A stretch of DNA of 64,000 bases from positions 1 through 64,000 of IMG/VR virus record IMGVR_UViG_3300009374_000001. One strand, written 5' to 3'. The stretch comes from a virus. Each line of letters begins with the position of its first letter. The stretch's first letter is position 1. The position numbers and the translations under genes were made by a program. The notes under the pieces are model-generated. The model saw only the letters and a list, made by a program, of their open reading frames with translations, made no database searches and had not been told where the DNA came from. Of this stretch, positions 10,407 to 20,517 are shown one piece after another.

Positions 10407-11074
10407 TGGTAGATTTTAATGAATACCACAACAACTTAATAGCTATATTTGATCCATTTCAAGAACCCAAATTTTTTAGTCCAATGCCAAACGCAACAGA
10501 TTTTATGGGTTCAATAGACTTATTTTCATATGAGATGGCTAATTTATATTTGTCAACAGTTGCTCCAGCAAGCGGAGTTTTTACAAACACAGCTGGAGGG
10601 AACTTATTAATGCCGTATATAAGTGTTATTCAAAGAGCTGTTGGAGTACCTATATTAACTCTTGCGCTTTCAAGTATCTTAAAGAATTTATATACTAACT
10701 GTAAGACTATAACATACAAAGACTGTATACCAATAGGCGCAGCATTTGTTGGGATATGGTCACCTGGTCTAATACCCGGTGCTTATATGCCTTTGCCAGC
10801 CCACCCTCCGTCTTCAGTTATTCCAACGCCAGGGATACTTCAACTTGACCCAGGTTTTATTTCAGTATTTACAATTGCTGCTGCGTGGTATGCAAGTATG
10901 ATAATTGGTACAGATGAGCGATTTAGATATATCCCAACTCAGTTTATTAATTCTACACTAATCCGTGTTGCAATGGAGTTACATTTTAGATTAGATATAA
11001 AGGGATTATATATTGGCATAACTCCAGCTATTCCCCCTATCCCTACTGTGCTGCCCTGGTTTGGCTTGCACTAA
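10406..11074 (+). CDS. hypothetical Pro-rich hydrophobic protein, probably baseplate-associated
   Basis: 222-aa ORF, coupled, last gene of the spike block. Confidence 0.55.
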   Translation: MVDFNEYHNNLIAIFDPFQEPKFFSPMPNATDFMGSIDLFSYEMANLYLSTVAPASGVFTNTAGGNLLMPYISVIQRAVGVPILTLALSSILKNLYTNCKTITYKDCIPIGAAFVGIWSPGLIPGAYMPLPAHPPSSVIPTPGILQLDPGFISVFTIAAAWYASMIIGTDERFRYIPTQFINSTLIRVAMELHFRLDIKGLYIGITPAIPPIPTVLPWFGLH

Positions 11075-11083
11075 TTTCCATTG

Positions 11084-11110
11084 AAACATTCATAATTCTT
11101 CGCATATAAT
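11084..11110 (+). promoter_or_regulatory. putative early/middle promoter AAAC-N17-TATAAT
   Basis: AAAC at 11084-11087 and TATAAT at 11105-11110, upstream of the S1-like gene. Confidence 0.65.
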
Positions 11111-11147
11111 ACATGTATGGAACATTTAACAACAGAAGGAAAAGCAC

Positions 11148-12284
11148 ATGATTAATTATTTAAGCAAAGATCTTTTAGAAGATGTTAGAGTCGTTAAAAG
11201 AGAAGATTTAAATGAAGAAGATGAATTTACTGGAATATCAGGCTTTAGTGATGAACACTTAAAATTAATTTATGATTCACTAGATTCATTTTATATACCA
11301 AAGGGTGGAGATATGATAAACACCCGAGTAATTGGAAAAACAAAAACAGATATAATTGTTGAAATGAATGGTAAGCAGTCAGCGTATATGTCTTTAAAAA
11401 AAGAACCTACACGCTTAACTGAGAAGATAGAAATAGGAGATATGGTTGATGTAATGGTCTTAGAAGCTGACAGCAAGAGTGCTACTAAAAAAGAAAGCGA
11501 GCCTATTGAAGTTTCAATGGAACTAGCAGAACTCCAAACCACATATAATAATATGAGAACTGCAATTTCTGAAGAAGATAATACTGCATATCTTGGCACG
11601 ATAAAAGATATGATTGATAACGGTGGCTATATAATTAACGTAGCAGGGGTTGATTGTTTTATGCCAGGTTCTCATGCAGGAATTAATAAACTTTATGATT
11701 TTGCAAGTATCATTGGTGATGAGGTTTATGTTATACCTATCAATTACGTAAGAAGTAGAGATATGATAGTTGTATCGCATAAAAAATTCTTAGAATTGCA
11801 AAAACCATTAGCACTAGAAACTCTTAGAGATAATATGAGTGAACAAAAAACGGGCTCAGTCACAGGTACTACTAAATTCGGAATTTTTTGTGAATTTGAT
11901 GACTGTTTAACTGGGATGATTCATAAGAGTGAATTTACAGATGAGCTTAGAGAAAGACATAGCAATAGTCTAGTTAAACCAGGTGAAAGCATAGATTTCT
12001 ATATTAAAGAGATTATATCTGAAAAGAAGATTATACTGAGTTTAGAAAAATATGAAAACCCATGGGATAACATAGAAGAAAAATACCCAATCACTAGTAA
12101 CGTAGAAGTGACAGTTACTTCTATTAAAAATTATGGTGCCTTTATTAAATTCGAAGAAGGGGTCTTTGGTCTGGTACCCATTAAAGAACTAACTAGTAAA
12201 AAAGTCAACGAAGGTGATAAAATAGAAGTTACTATTACTGGCATTGATAAAGGATCTAAGAAGATTTTTACAACTTTTCGATAA
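11148..12284 (+). CDS. rpsA: ribosomal protein bS1-like, four S1/OB domains
   Basis: GGYIINVAGVDCFMPGSH..IVVSHK; GSVTGTTKFGIFCEF..GMIHKSE..IILSL..NPW; VTVTSIKNYGAFIKFEEGVFGLVPIKEL..GDKIEVTITGID match bS1 repeats. Confidence 0.85.
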   Translation: MINYLSKDLLEDVRVVKREDLNEEDEFTGISGFSDEHLKLIYDSLDSFYIPKGGDMINTRVIGKTKTDIIVEMNGKQSAYMSLKKEPTRLTEKIEIGDMVDVMVLEADSKSATKKESEPIEVSMELAELQTTYNNMRTAISEEDNTAYLGTIKDMIDNGGYIINVAGVDCFMPGSHAGINKLYDFASIIGDEVYVIPINYVRSRDMIVVSHKKFLELQKPLALETLRDNMSEQKTGSVTGTTKFGIFCEFDDCLTGMIHKSEFTDELRERHSNSLVKPGESIDFYIKEIISEKKIILSLEKYENPWDNIEEKYPITSNVEVTVTSIKNYGAFIKFEEGVFGLVPIKELTSKKVNEGDKIEVTITGIDKGSKKIFTTFR

Positions 12285-12321
12285 GCTATTGCACTTATAT
12301 TGTTAAGATTGTAATATATAA

Positions 12322-12329
12322 TATAAATA
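12322..12329 (+). promoter_or_regulatory. T4-type late promoter TATAAATA
   Basis: Exact TATAAATA just upstream of the neck/wedge block; AT-rich background weakens the call. Confidence 0.45.
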
Positions 12330-12341
12330 TAATGCACATGA

Positions 12342-13631
12342 ATGACAACAGAAAGTACACTTAATGAAGTTTTAATTAATTCACTAGTTGGATTTGAATT
12401 TGAATTTTATTATGATAAAAAGTCAGAAGAAGCTAGTAGAGAACTTCAAAAATATCTTAATAAAGATGTTATTGTAATTGATAAAGTTCATAGTAAGCTT
12501 GAGCCAACTGATAAAGTCTTTAAGCTTGAGCCAGATTATTCAGGTGGCAAAGATTTAAAAGAATTAATTACAGGTCCTTTAAAATATAATGAAGCTAGAT
12601 TATTGCTTATATCAATGCTTAAGTGGATTGATAAAAATGCATATACCACAGATAAATGTTCGATTCATTTAAACATATCATTTAATTCAAGATTTGCAAA
12701 TGTCTATAGGTTAAATGTATTAAAGTTTATTTTAGACTTTGATGAAGATAAAGTCTATAGCATGTTTCCGCATAGACAAAATTCTGTTTATGCAAAGTCT
12801 ATCAAATATGTTGTCCCAAGACATATAGATTCTCAACCTAGTACATCTGAAGTTTCAATTACTAATTACGTATACCCTATCGAAAAATACTATGGTATAA
12901 ACTTTAGTAAAATAGCAAAGAATTATATTGAATTCAGGTATATTGGTGGGAAAGATTATCAAAAACAAGTTAATGATATATTAAGCCTGTTAGAGTATTT
13001 TATAGAGTTTTTATATAGTAACGTTTCAGATACTGAATTTACAGCATTACATAAAATTAAACTTGATAAATTAATTAATGATAATAAAAAGATACACGAA
13101 TCATTTAAGAGTGTAGATTATTTTATTAAGCATTTTCCAGATATACAATTTACAGTTGATTTAAAAGATGATATTGAGATACTTAAACTTTATTGGAATA
13201 AAATAAGAGTTCAAATAATTGATTTATTAGTTATTGGTTCTTTTTCAAAGGGTCTAATAAATTATGATTCAGATACTGGGCGCTTACAAGTAAAAGATGC
13301 TAAATTAGAAAGAATATATAATATAGAAAAACTAGATTTAATAAGTTGTAAGCTTTCTGGTAATATTAAAAAAGCAGATATATTTAAATCAGATATATCA
13401 AGTTCAATATTAGAAGACTGCAACTTATTTGATCACTGTAAATGTAAAGAAAGTAAATTGAAAAATTCATATATAAATAGAACATCAGAATTAAATGACT
13501 GTTATATATTTGGACCATTATCAATCATGAATGGAACTATGAATGGCGGCATTTTTAGAGAAGGTAAAATAACAGGTATCTCTAAATTAAATAATGTCAA
13601 AGAAATTGATGTAAAACAAATTGAAGGATAA
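12342..13631 (+). CDS. putative amidoligase (COOH-NH2 ligase) with C-terminal beta-solenoid repeats
   Basis: GFEFEF, EPDYSG..ELITGPL, CSIHLNIS, KYYGINF, YIEFR motifs; repetitive low-complexity C-terminal solenoid. Confidence 0.7.
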   Translation: MTTESTLNEVLINSLVGFEFEFYYDKKSEEASRELQKYLNKDVIVIDKVHSKLEPTDKVFKLEPDYSGGKDLKELITGPLKYNEARLLLISMLKWIDKNAYTTDKCSIHLNISFNSRFANVYRLNVLKFILDFDEDKVYSMFPHRQNSVYAKSIKYVVPRHIDSQPSTSEVSITNYVYPIEKYYGINFSKIAKNYIEFRYIGGKDYQKQVNDILSLLEYFIEFLYSNVSDTEFTALHKIKLDKLINDNKKIHESFKSVDYFIKHFPDIQFTVDLKDDIEILKLYWNKIRVQIIDLLVIGSFSKGLINYDSDTGRLQVKDAKLERIYNIEKLDLISCKLSGNIKKADIFKSDISSSILEDCNLFDHCKCKESKLKNSYINRTSELNDCYIFGPLSIMNGTMNGGIFREGKITGISKLNNVKEIDVKQIEG

Positions 13632-14485
13632 TGGGAGACTCAGATATTAGAGTAGGCACAGAAAGCTGGGAAGATTCAAATGATAAATCTAATGATTTAA
13701 ACAATAGCATTGGTAGTGCTTTAGATTTATTTATGAATGAAATTACTCAAGAAGTAACAGGCGGCGGGATGATCCCAATGAATTTGCCTAAGAAAGAAGT
13801 ATATAGAATAATACAAGAAGCAAAGAAATGGTTCTATAAGAATTATGAATATTCAGTAGCAGAGAACTTTTATATCATACCAAATGCAGAATTTGAAACA
13901 GATACATTTAATGCTAAACGAGCGTTTAAGCTCCCATCAGCAAGAGAAGATGGCAGCGGAAATATCGTTTCTGTGCATGGGTGCAACTTAACTACTCCCA
14001 ATGCTGGAGAATTCAGCACAGGGAGCTTAGGGTCTGACTTTGCAGTTGATAAGCTTATATTTCAAGGCATGATGAGGGGAGGAGAAGCTGCAGCAGGAGA
14101 AACTCTATTACAGTATGTAGTTAGAGAAAAATATATAGATATGATGAATAGCATATTTATTAATCCGATTAGTTTCAGTTATAATCCTAATAGTCATATA
14201 TTGAAAATACTAGGAGAAACTCCAGACGGGGACAAGCATCTGGTGCTTGAAGTATATGAGAGCATACCAGATGAAGATTTATTCATTGATGAAATTTTTA
14301 TACGATATACTACAGCAAAAGTTAAAAAGCAATTAGGTATAATGCTAACAACTTTTGAGTACAATCTACCGGGTGACATAACTATTAACGGTGATGCTAT
14401 TAAGGATAGCGCAGAAGCTGAGCTCGAAGCTATTATTGAAGAAATAAAGGGCGATGAGGGCATTGACTATTTTCTTACCAGCTAA
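13631..14485 (+). CDS. neck protein gp13-like
   Basis: RYTTAKVKKQLG..NLPGDITINGDAIKDSAEAELEAI matches the gp13 C-terminus. Confidence 0.8.
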   Translation: MGDSDIRVGTESWEDSNDKSNDLNNSIGSALDLFMNEITQEVTGGGMIPMNLPKKEVYRIIQEAKKWFYKNYEYSVAENFYIIPNAEFETDTFNAKRAFKLPSAREDGSGNIVSVHGCNLTTPNAGEFSTGSLGSDFAVDKLIFQGMMRGGEAAAGETLLQYVVREKYIDMMNSIFINPISFSYNPNSHILKILGETPDGDKHLVLEVYESIPDEDLFIDEIFIRYTTAKVKKQLGIMLTTFEYNLPGDITINGDAIKDSAEAELEAIIEEIKGDEGIDYFLTS

Positions 14486-14509
14486 TATAATATTAAAATA
14501 TATAATATA

Positions 14510-14866
14510 ATGGACATTTATATTAAAAACTCAGGTGACCCGAACTTTAACCCTAGAGCATTAGAATCACAGGATGATATAGATATATTGATTGAACAAA
14601 TTAATATGTTACTTTATACTGAAAAAACTGAGGTTTTAGGCGAGCATCAGATGGGTTCTGGGTTAGAAGGGCTAATATACGAATTTAATCTAACAGCAGG
14701 GCAAATAGAACGAACGCTTGAAGAGCAAATTGAGAAATATATTCCAATGTCAAGTAATTATAACATTGAAGTAAAGTGCCAATTTTATAAAGGCACGGTG
14801 CGAGATATTGCAACACTTGATGTTCTTATAAATAGTACGCCAGTAACAGGAGTAACCATAAATTAA
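14510..14866 (+). CDS. baseplate wedge gp25-like
   Basis: INMLLYTEKTEVLGEHQMGSGLEGLIYE..IEKYIP; 118 aa; precedes gp6. Confidence 0.8.
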   Translation: MDIYIKNSGDPNFNPRALESQDDIDILIEQINMLLYTEKTEVLGEHQMGSGLEGLIYEFNLTAGQIERTLEEQIEKYIPMSSNYNIEVKCQFYKGTVRDIATLDVLINSTPVTGVTIN

Positions 14867-14876
14867 AGAAATTTAG

Positions 14877-16607
14877 ATGATTAGTAACAAGAAAGATTTA
14901 AGATTTATAAGCAGAACTAGAGTTTCAGCTAATGACATGTTTAATGACGCAAAAGCATATTTAATTAGTACTTACAATAAAGCAAGCACAGTATTTACAT
15001 CAGCTAGCCCATTTGCACAGATATTAAAAGTAATGTCAGAATTGACAGAACTTATATTGTATTATATAGAAGATGCTACGGTTGAACAGAATATTGCAAC
15101 AGCAACAAACAAATCAAGCATTTACGGTTTAGCAAGACTTACTGGCCATAATCCTACTAGAGGGATAAGTGCAATTGGTGAAATCAAAATTCGCTACATG
15201 CCAGAAGTTAAGTTAGATGATATAGCTGGAGATTATATTTTTATACCAAATAGAGCAAAACTTAAATTAGCAACTAATGGCTTAATTTATTCTATTTCTG
15301 ATAATCTTGATTATATTAAAATGGATAAGACCAAGCTTAACAGGTTTGTAAGCGTAAAAATTACCCAAGGGATTTTTGATAAACAAACAGTTACTGGTAC
15401 TGGTAAATCAATGCAAAGTTTTAACATCGATACGCAAGGTAGAACAGATCATCACGAAGTAACAGTTACAGTAAATGGAAAGATATGGCCAAATTTCGAT
15501 TCATTATATGATATGAGAAGAAATACAGAAGGTTGCTTAATTAAAACTGGCATTTCAGGCGGAATTGACATATTCTTTGGAAATAATCATTTCGGGAAAA
15601 TCCCAGATCTCGGGTCTGTTATTGACGTAGAGTACATTAACACTGACGGGAGCAGAGGAAATGTCGCAGACTCAGCAGACGTATTCTATATGTTTGAAGA
15701 TGAAGGCTTTGATTCTTTAGGGGCGCCGGTGGACTTAAACGAGTTTCTTGTGATAGAAACTAAAATTTCACCTAAAATGGGAGCAAATTCTGAAGATACA
15801 AACTTTACAAAAGTTATAGCCCCATACGCAAGTCGTAATTTTACACTATCACACCCTAGAGACTTTGAATACTTTTTGTCTAGATATGATTCATTCTCTC
15901 ACATTGAAGCATATAATACGGCTGGAGATGACAACTTAGAAGATGATAACATCATTTATTTAAATATTTTGCCAGATGTTGCTAAGAAAATATATGGGAC
16001 TTACGACTATTTTCAATTTCCAGAAGAGGAGTTTACATTAAGCCCCTCAGAAATGCTAATGCTTAAGACAGCATTAAACAAATCAGGTCAGCTTATGATT
16101 GGGTCGGAGGTTCAGTTTATAGACCAGCATGTTACAAGATATGCAGTGGAATTGCACATTAGATACTGGAATAATACAGACCCAGAAAACATATATTATG
16201 ATATTAGAAAAAGTTTAAGTGAATATTTTTTAAATAATAAAAGAAAAGACAGAATACCAAGGTCTGATATAACAGGTATAGTTGAAGATATTGAAGGAGT
16301 TGACTCTTTAACAATTCAATATTATAGTCAAGATTATGAAGCACTTAAGCAAATACCTAATGCTAATTTAGAACAGCTGCGTAATAAGTACTTTGATAAG
16401 TTAGGAGATATTCGCGTTCAAGAAGGAAAATTTCCAATCATAAGAGGAGGGTGGGTTACAGCAGATGGTATTGAAGTTATAGATGAACCCTATTATATGA
16501 TAGGTAACAGCGAATCTGAAGAAGGAAGTAAAATGTATAGTTTAAAGGTAGTTTTTGATGAAGCTTTAACTTATAAATCAAACATTAGAATTAAATCATC
16601 ACAATGA
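14877..16607 (+). CDS. baseplate wedge gp6-like (baseplate J family)
   Basis: EQNIATATNKSSIYGLARLTGHNP; IFFGNNHFGKIPDLGSVIDVEYINTDGSRGN; DFEYFL. Confidence 0.85.
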   Translation: MISNKKDLRFISRTRVSANDMFNDAKAYLISTYNKASTVFTSASPFAQILKVMSELTELILYYIEDATVEQNIATATNKSSIYGLARLTGHNPTRGISAIGEIKIRYMPEVKLDDIAGDYIFIPNRAKLKLATNGLIYSISDNLDYIKMDKTKLNRFVSVKITQGIFDKQTVTGTGKSMQSFNIDTQGRTDHHEVTVTVNGKIWPNFDSLYDMRRNTEGCLIKTGISGGIDIFFGNNHFGKIPDLGSVIDVEYINTDGSRGNVADSADVFYMFEDEGFDSLGAPVDLNEFLVIETKISPKMGANSEDTNFTKVIAPYASRNFTLSHPRDFEYFLSRYDSFSHIEAYNTAGDDNLEDDNIIYLNILPDVAKKIYGTYDYFQFPEEEFTLSPSEMLMLKTALNKSGQLMIGSEVQFIDQHVTRYAVELHIRYWNNTDPENIYYDIRKSLSEYFLNNKRKDRIPRSDITGIVEDIEGVDSLTIQYYSQDYEALKQIPNANLEQLRNKYFDKLGDIRVQEGKFPIIRGGWVTADGIEVIDEPYYMIGNSESEEGSKMYSLKVVFDEALTYKSNIRIKSSQ

Positions 16608-16858
16608 GAAGAAAATACGTAAAGAAAAGTTTATATGACGAAGCATACAATTCTGTGAATAGAGTGTATCGGACTAACTTCGGGTATCAAGGCCAGATTT
16701 TTGAAAAGACAATCTCAAATCACATCTTAAGAAATGAAAGAACTAGACTGTTCTTAAATTATATTGAAAGTATTTTTATTAAGCTGATTGATAGTGCTAG
16801 ACAGTTACAGCTTTGGAAAGTATATACAGTAAGTAAAAAATACGATAAGATTAGATAA
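16604..16858 (+). CDS. small hypothetical baseplate-region protein
   Basis: 84 aa, ATGA/TAATG coupling on both sides. Confidence 0.6.
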   Translation: MRRKYVKKSLYDEAYNSVNRVYRTNFGYQGQIFEKTISNHILRNERTRLFLNYIESIFIKLIDSARQLQLWKVYTVSKKYDKIR

Positions 16859-18264
16859 TGTCAGTTTACAATAAATATAGACATTTATACTTTTTTGATA
16901 AAGAAGGCGAATCATTAAATCTCATTTTTGATGTAGAAAACGATAGATGGCGCGGGAAGTTGTATTTCCCTAAAGTATCTGTTAAGCTTTTTGAAAGCAT
17001 TAATATGTTTATTACTGAAGAATTTTCAAACACTGATGGTAGACACGGGTTCCCAAAGATTGGTATACCTAATGCAGATTCGAAGAACTGGAATTTTGAG
17101 TGGGAAGACTCTAATACTGAAACTATTTCACTATACGGGTTTGAATTTGATGAAAAAGAGAATGCAAATCTAATTATATATGAAGATTTATCACTGACTT
17201 TAGATAACCATCCCACATCAAACCCAGTATTTAGCGACGACTATCATAAAATAACAAGCGATATTGATAGAAGATGCATGCAAATAAACTTTGCATTTAG
17301 ATCATTTGACGAAGACATATATGAAAGAAAGCTTTTTATAAAAGAAGAAGAAACTAATGATATTATAGCAGAGATAGATTTTTACGCAGAGTCTGAAGCA
17401 GAAGATGATAGATTAAATGTGCTATTAGATAACTTAGGTCATGATGTTAAAGAATCAGAATTTAAAGCACTTAGAGAAGCAGATATTAATGAAGACTTTA
17501 TTGATTATGAATTACTTAATCAAAAGCGTAAAGAAATGCTACTAGAAGGACATAACATTTACCCTTACGTTGGAAGCTATAAGGCTTTAGTAAATGTTAT
17601 TAAGTTTTTTGGTTATGATAATATTAAAGTAAGAGAATACTGGAGATTGATAGGAAATCCGAACATAGAGTTTAAGGAAAACTCAGCCACAGATGACTGG
17701 GCCACTAAATATAAATCATTTGACGTTAATGCCATATTAGAAGACGGTGCAGATTTTTCAAAACCTAACATTAATTTGCCATCTAAAACATATAGAAAAT
17801 CTAATAGGCTTTCACTAGTATTTCAAATTAATAAGCCAACCGGGAAGTATGATAAGTTTGATATTATGATGACAGAGGAGTTGCTGGAATATCCGATAGA
17901 AGAAGTGCTATTGAAACTTTTTGCTCTTAAAGAAATATTGCGTGATAAATATTTGCCATTAAATGCTAGGATTTGGGAAATAATTGGCGAAGCAGATTAC
18001 TTTAATAAAGTAGAATTTAATGCATTTACTAATCAGCAAAGAATAGATGAAGTAAGTACAGGTATAAAAGCAACAATGAAAGTAACTCAAGCTGGTAGAT
18101 TTATAAAAGATTTAAGAGGTCTCGGATCTGAGTTTATGTATGCATTTACTGAAAAAGAAGACTTTGAAGAAATAAACGACACAACGATGTCCATGTCCAC
18201 AGATGATATAGCAGACTTTTATGTAGACCCTGGATATTATTATGCAGGATATACAGAAGATTAA
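16858..18264 (+). CDS. baseplate wedge protein (gp7/gpI-like)
   Basis: IYPYVGSYKALVNVIKFFGY..VREYW resembles the tail-I/gp7 KGT motif region; follows gp6. Confidence 0.55.
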   Translation: MSVYNKYRHLYFFDKEGESLNLIFDVENDRWRGKLYFPKVSVKLFESINMFITEEFSNTDGRHGFPKIGIPNADSKNWNFEWEDSNTETISLYGFEFDEKENANLIIYEDLSLTLDNHPTSNPVFSDDYHKITSDIDRRCMQINFAFRSFDEDIYERKLFIKEEETNDIIAEIDFYAESEAEDDRLNVLLDNLGHDVKESEFKALREADINEDFIDYELLNQKRKEMLLEGHNIYPYVGSYKALVNVIKFFGYDNIKVREYWRLIGNPNIEFKENSATDDWATKYKSFDVNAILEDGADFSKPNINLPSKTYRKSNRLSLVFQINKPTGKYDKFDIMMTEELLEYPIEEVLLKLFALKEILRDKYLPLNARIWEIIGEADYFNKVEFNAFTNQQRIDEVSTGIKATMKVTQAGRFIKDLRGLGSEFMYAFTEKEDFEEINDTTMSMSTDDIADFYVDPGYYYAGYTED

Positions 18265-18281
18265 ACAACAAAGATAAACAC

Positions 18282-20069
18282 ATGGGAGATATAGTACTGA
18301 CAACAGCGGGTTTACCAATAAGCGAAGGCGGATACGCATTACTTCGTGAATTAGAAAATGGTGAACTTTATAACACAGAGACCAGTATGTCATATACTGT
18401 ATCAGAAATAGCAGATGTTGTTTTAGGCTATTTTGATGCATACAATTTTGATAATTTTTCTCAATTACCAGATACTGAAGGAATACCTGCAGGCTCTCCT
18501 GTCGTGTTAGAGAATACCTCATTTCACTTAACTTGGGCCGAAGCATTGACCACTTGGGAAAATTTAGATACAAACGGATTAATAACATATTCTTTTACTA
18601 TGGACAATTTACAGGTCGGAACAGTGTTTGGCATAGAGAATAAAGCAACAGGTGAAAAAGCAGAAACCACAATGATTGATGGAGATTCTATTAAAAATAT
18701 ATTTGATAAAATTGTTGCAACAAATGCAAACTTTTTAAGTTCATTCAATATTTCCTTTATGGATGAAAGCGGTGATGGAAATGATGATACGATGCTCTTA
18801 AAAAGAAATACTTCTGTGCATGCAGATATCGACTTAATAGCATATCCAAGGTATAAAGGAGAAGGGAGACCTGCTTTATTGTTAACAGTTGATTCTTCTA
18901 CGAACATTAATACATGGGAAAGTATTGGGAATGGTAATTTTTATGAAGTAGAATGGTTTATTGAAAAAGAAAGCAATGAGTATGAAGATTTTTACTATGA
19001 ATCTAGAGGGCTAATATCAACGCACAATAAACTTGCATTAATATTGCCATACCCAGGCAATTATAATGTAATTATGAAGTTGTATGACTCATTTAATAAT
19101 GTTGTTTTAAATCACAATAAAGAAAGCATTACTGTACACCCATACGAAGCTGAAATAGCTGGAGTATATAAAACACTTGGAGATGAAGTTACATGGGAGA
19201 ATGCAAAATATAGCTGGGAAGACTTTACATCAACATGGGAATTACCATTTTTACCAAAAGATATGCCGAGAGAAGAACTTAAATACTTGTATGGAAGCTT
19301 AAGTAGAAGTGGCTTTCCTGCTAGTGATAACCTTGATATGGCAATGTCATTAAGATATATAGATGATAGCGATGATGGGTTTTCTACACTCCCTGGTCCT
19401 TATAGATGGGATAACTTAGAGGATGCAACATGGGAAGATACTAAGCATATTTGGTGGGATGCAACTCTGTTAGGGATTAATACTCCAGCCTCTTTTAGAA
19501 TTAACACTGTTAGTAATGGAGGTACTTTAAGTATTGTTCAGCAGTTACCTATCCCAGATATTGGGACGATAGAATTTACGAGTAATATTCTTTCAGATGC
19601 AGTAAATCTATTAAATGCATCAACAGCACCAGTATTTAGTAAGTATGAGTATAAACTTATAATTGATACAGATACTGGCGTTGAATACTTTATACTTGCG
19701 ATTGCTAAAGAGCTTGGGGAAAGCGGAGATTGGTATCATATAGAACCAAATAACATTGAGCTAAGTCATTTAAACTTACACAAAGATTTAGGTTATACGC
19801 AGAATAATTCAATTATATTTGAAGAACACCAAGAATTACCAAAGCTTACCCATGTTGTATTTTCTGCTGACCATTCTAGAATACCTGGAAAGACGAAAGC
19901 TAAATGGACATTGAATTACAATGATAATATAAGCGAGGATATATATTCAAACAGTAAATACTTTTCTTATCTTTTTAAGAAAGCTGGTAATTATACATTA
20001 TCTTTAGAATTAGAAGATTCAAATGGAAATGTATATAACAAAAATAAAAATATAATAACAATAAAATGA
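18282..20069 (+). CDS. virion structural protein with PKD-like domains and Trp-repeat segments
   Basis: LPYPGNYNVIMKLYDSFNN and FKKAGNYTLSLELEDSNGN; repeated TWE/WD motifs. Confidence 0.6.
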   Translation: MGDIVLTTAGLPISEGGYALLRELENGELYNTETSMSYTVSEIADVVLGYFDAYNFDNFSQLPDTEGIPAGSPVVLENTSFHLTWAEALTTWENLDTNGLITYSFTMDNLQVGTVFGIENKATGEKAETTMIDGDSIKNIFDKIVATNANFLSSFNISFMDESGDGNDDTMLLKRNTSVHADIDLIAYPRYKGEGRPALLLTVDSSTNINTWESIGNGNFYEVEWFIEKESNEYEDFYYESRGLISTHNKLALILPYPGNYNVIMKLYDSFNNVVLNHNKESITVHPYEAEIAGVYKTLGDEVTWENAKYSWEDFTSTWELPFLPKDMPREELKYLYGSLSRSGFPASDNLDMAMSLRYIDDSDDGFSTLPGPYRWDNLEDATWEDTKHIWWDATLLGINTPASFRINTVSNGGTLSIVQQLPIPDIGTIEFTSNILSDAVNLLNASTAPVFSKYEYKLIIDTDTGVEYFILAIAKELGESGDWYHIEPNNIELSHLNLHKDLGYTQNNSIIFEEHQELPKLTHVVFSADHSRIPGKTKAKWTLNYNDNISEDIYSNSKYFSYLFKKAGNYTLSLELEDSNGNVYNKNKNIITIK

Positions 20070-20509
20070 AACTAACAGAAGCACAATTAAGAGAAACTAT
20101 CCAAGAAGTTATTAAAGAAGATGGAATTAATGAAGCTAAAGGTGAAGAAGCTAAAGCAATCTACAAAGAGTTTACAGATCTTGTTAAAGAATATAGAAAA
20201 AAAATTAAAGCTAAGGTTCTTCAAACGGGGCGCGGGTCTCATAGCTTAAACTTTGGCATTGAATCATTTTCTCATCACATTTTACCACAAACCACTGTTT
20301 ATTTTGTAGATGAAAGTATTTTTGGTGATGATTCTCACGAGATAGAAAAAGTAAGTTTTTCTTCAAGCAACATGGAAAGTAAAAAAGATTTAGACGTTTT
20401 CATTACATTACTAAAAGAAATTCAAAACAATTGGGAATTAATGGAAGAATATAAAGAAAAAGAAAAAGAGATTCAAGCAAGACTTGATGACCTACGTACA
20501 AAAAAATAA
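20066..20509 (+). CDS. hypothetical protein with 'LRxxIxE' leader (putative internal head protein)
   Basis: N-terminus MKLTEAQLRETIQEVIKE..INE, shared with 37172, 44459, 45312 and 46330. Confidence 0.6.
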   Translation: MKLTEAQLRETIQEVIKEDGINEAKGEEAKAIYKEFTDLVKEYRKKIKAKVLQTGRGSHSLNFGIESFSHHILPQTTVYFVDESIFGDDSHEIEKVSFSSSNMESKKDLDVFITLLKEIQNNWELMEEYKEKEKEIQARLDDLRTKK

Positions 20510-20517
20510 ATTAGACT

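Noticed and set aside
11113-11155. Tiny upstream ORFs before the S1 gene (ATG at 11113 and 11117)
   Set aside because: Twelve-codon frames starting almost at the predicted transcription start; no evidence beyond chance
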